NCBI RefSeq assembly: GCF_039654945.1
Contig: NW_027361907.1
Coordinates: forward strand, 3,782,001-3,846,000
DNA: 64,000 bases
Origin: Dendrobates tinctorius
Lineage: Eukaryota
Direction: 5' to 3'
Positions within the stretch are counted from its first letter, which is position 1; the number at the start of each line of letters is the position of its first letter. Both the position numbers and the translations under genes were made by a program. Shown here piece by piece: positions 60,827 to 64,000 of the stretch. Below the pieces are notes generated by a model, which did no database searches, was not told where the DNA came from, and worked only from the letters and a program-made list of their open reading frames with translations.

Positions 60827-62476
60827 CAGTTGTGCTCAAAAGTTTACATGCCCCGGCATAATTTTTGCTTTCTTGGCCTTTTTTCAGTGAATATGAATGA
60901 TAACACCAAAACTTTATCTCCACTCATGGTTAGTGGTTGGGTGAAGCCATTTATTGTTAAACTACTGTGTTTTCTCTTTTTAAATCATAGTGACAACCCA
61001 AAACATCCAAATGGCCCTGATCAAAAGTTTACATACTCCATTTCTTAATACCGTGTATTGCCCCCTCTAGCATCAATGACAGCTTGAAGTCTTTTGTGGT
61101 AGTTGTGGATGAGGTTCTTTATTTTCTCAGATGGTAAAGCTGCCCACTCTTCTTGGCAAAAAGCCTTCAGTTCCTGTAAATTCCTGGGCTGTCTAGCATG
61201 AAGTGCACGCTTGAGATCTCCCCAGAGTGGCTCAATTATATTGAGGTCAGGAGACTGAGAAGGCCACTTCAGAACCTTCACTTTGTTCTGCTGTAGCCAA
61301 TGACACCAATGACACGTCGACATGGCCTTGTGTTTTGGATCGATGTCATGTTGGAATGTCCAAGTACATCCCATGCGCAGAGTCCTGGCTGATGATTGCA
61401 AATTTGCCTCCCGTATTTGCTGATAATGTGCTGGATTCATCTTTCCTTCAACTTTGACCAAGTTAACTGTGCCTTTGTAGCTCACACATCCCCAAAACAT
61501 CAGTGATCCACCTCTGTGCTTTACATTAGGAATGGTGTTCCTTTTATCATAAGCCTTGTTGACCTCTCTCCCAATGTAACGTTTATGGTTGTGGCCAAAA
61601 AGTTCAATTTTGGCCTCATCACTCCAAATTACCTTTTTCCAGAAGTTTTGAGGCTTGTCTCTGTGCTGTTTTGCGTATTGTAGGCAAGATACTTTGTGCA
61701 ATTTATGCAGGAATGGCTTTCTTCTGGTGACTCGACCATGCAGTCCATTTTTCTTCAAGTTCCTCCTTATTGTGCATCTTGAAACAGCCACACCGCTAGT
61801 TTTCAGAGAGTCCAGTATTTCAGCTGATGTTATTTGTGGGTTTTTCTTTGCATCCCGAACAATTTTCCTGGTAGTTGTGGATGAAATTTTTGTTGGTCTA
61901 CCTGACCATGGTTTTGTTTTTACAAAAGCTCCTGATTTTCCATTTGTTAATCACAGTGTGAACGCTGCTGACTGGAATTAGCAATTCCTTGGATATCTTT
62001 TTATATCCCTTTTCATTTTTATACAGTTCAACTACCTTTTCCCGTAGATCCATTGACAATTCTTTTGCTTTCCCCATGACTCACAATCCAGAAATGTCAG
62101 TGGCTGGATGAAATATGCAAGAGTCTGTCTGTATCCCAGAAACTCACTCAGCTTTTATGCACACACACAAGCAAACAGGTCACTGGTGAGGATGTTACGT
62201 TTAGTAGCCATTCAAACCCATTTGTGTCAACTTCTGTGCATGTTATCAAGCCAAAATTACCAGGGTATGTGAACTTTTGATCAGGGTCATTTGGATGTTT
62301 TGGGTTGTCATTAAGATTTAAAAAGAAAAAAAACACCGTAGTTTGACGATAAATGGCTTCACCCAACCACTTACCATGACTGGAGAAAAAGTTTTGGTGT
62401 TATCATTCATATTCTCTGAAAAAAGGCTGCGAAAGCAAAAATTCTGCCAGAGTATGTAAACCTTTGAACACAACTG
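60827..62476 (-). mobile_element. Full-length but frameshifted Tc1 transposon, nested in a TTAA-type element relic (about 59967-63582)
   Basis: TA-CAGTTGTG...CACAACTG-TA with about 210-bp TIRs. ATG at 62077 (MGKAKELS), [31 protein letters not shown], stop at 61045. Confidence 0.93.
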
Positions 62477-64000
62477 TAGTTTTAATTGAAAATCCATACA
62501 TTAAAAAATGTCTTAAAATTAAGCAGGGATTGCCCAATTCAAGCATACAGAGATCATGTAGAGATATACATTTATAAATAGCTGCTTATAAATCAATCCA
62601 AATAAAAAGGCATCAATAATATTTAAGTTAAAGTTCAAGTGCCAGTGTAAACCAGGAAATGTGTGTCAGCCTAAAATTGAATCTGATCAGGGATCATCAT
62701 GGATGTGATCTATTAGGCTAAAGTGCAATTCCTAATGTAAACCAAGGAATTTATTTCAGCTTTAAGCTGAGTGTAATCAGAGATCACCATGGATGTAATT
62801 ATCAATGTACGATTATTAGTTAGATGTACGGTACATTTACTTACAGCTGTAAAGAGTATAAAATGAAAGGGTCTGCATGTCTCATAGCTAGCGCTTCTTC
62901 AAGGTGGCGTTGACAAAAAAGTGAGCTCTTTAAATCCCGAACCGGAGCCAATGCAAATATGCCACTCTGAAAAGATATCCTAGTATCCAGGGAAATGTTG
63001 GCGCATGCAGCGTCAGCTGGTGTCTCTTGGTGATATAGTGACTTCCAGTTTCCAAGTGTTGGAACACAAGCATGGAACGCCGGGCGCTCTTAATGCGCAG
63101 GACCAGAAGTTGGCATAGTGCCAGGTGAATGGTGTGAAGGGTATAGTGTGACGTGGAAATGTAAGGAAATATACAAAATAAAAAGTATCAAAGTAAAATT
63201 AAAAATAAACCACAGTATTGCTGTACATAGGAAAAATCAGTCTCTTATAAACTGGCGTTCACAGGAGTTCCATCATGACAAACACAAGGGTCTTCAGTAG
63301 ACCCCCGGCCATCATGGCAACCCATTAGCACCCCGCAATTGCATCGCAGGGCTCACTGATGGGCTCATAGCATGACCTGCCCCTCTGTTCAGTGCCCTGA
63401 AAATGCCACTTTTTGAGATTAACAATGACATTTAACAGGTTAACAGCCATGGAGCTCCTCTCCATGTGCGGCTGTTAGAGGCAGATGATGACTGAATATC
63501 ACAGCCATCATACGCCATCAGTCCCTGAGCTTGCATCAAGGTCAGGGATGTAACTGTACGTCCTATATAGGTAAGAAGTTAAATGCATCCTCTACTTTAA
63601 GCGGAAAGGATGAACATTGCCATTCAGCAACTTTAAAAATTAGAACAATCATTTTTATTTACTGATTGTATTTTTTGTATGGGTATTAAAAAGGAAACAA
63701 TATGTTTTTATTTCATTGTTAATTTCTTTACAAAACAAAATTATGAATATTATTACAAGGTAGTCTAGAATATGTAAAAATAGTTGATACATACACATAT
63801 TTAACTGCAATTTGACAAATAAATTAATGAAAGAGGAGTAAAGTATTAAAACTGTTAGGTTTTTACTATACAGTTTTATATGCTTTCTATATTTCCTTTA
63901 AAGAAGCATTCCTATTAAAATGTTATGGGCTAAACCTGTGTGAATATACATGTAGTGTAGCGTATAGTGCGAGTTTATTAATACATCTACTCTAACTACA

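Noticed and set aside
62870-62905. Possible decayed minus-strand hammerhead (TTGAAGAAGC...GAGACATG) in an AT-rich insert
   Set aside because: Both core boxes mismatch and no stem I or TSD was found; too weak to call.

Overview
Eukaryotic (vertebrate) genomic DNA. The repeat repertoire points to a frog, but the species cannot be fixed from sequence alone. The only host-gene coding sequence I can support is one 81-bp phase-0 exon at 54137-54217 (+). It encodes [27 protein letters not shown], the Cys-rich start of the collagen IV 7S domain, most like COL4A2. The rest is most simply read as the two large flanking introns, packed with nested transposons. LTR elements: Gypsy/chromovirus relics and several solo LTRs with 4-5 bp target-site duplications (TSDs). 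Non-LTR and other retroelements: three young CR1 LINEs (one with an apparently intact ORF2), an Ngaro/DIRS-type tyrosine-recombinase element with an intact SGNH-hydrolase ORF, and several short Penelope-like insertions. DNA transposons: at least six Tc1/mariner elements (one full length with only the first catalytic Asp lost), a two-gene spliced PIF/Harbinger, and many Harbinger, Kolobok/T2, hAT and piggyBac-type MITEs. The most notable signal missed by the ORF track is a set of short insertions, most with 12-15 bp TSDs, carrying minimal hammerhead-ribozyme motifs. One motif is intact (43663-43702, minus strand) and the others are in different states of decay; two sit in long hairpin palindromes. 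All components belong to known classes. I found no clearly unprecedented system. Most short ORFs in the track are antisense or repeat artefacts.
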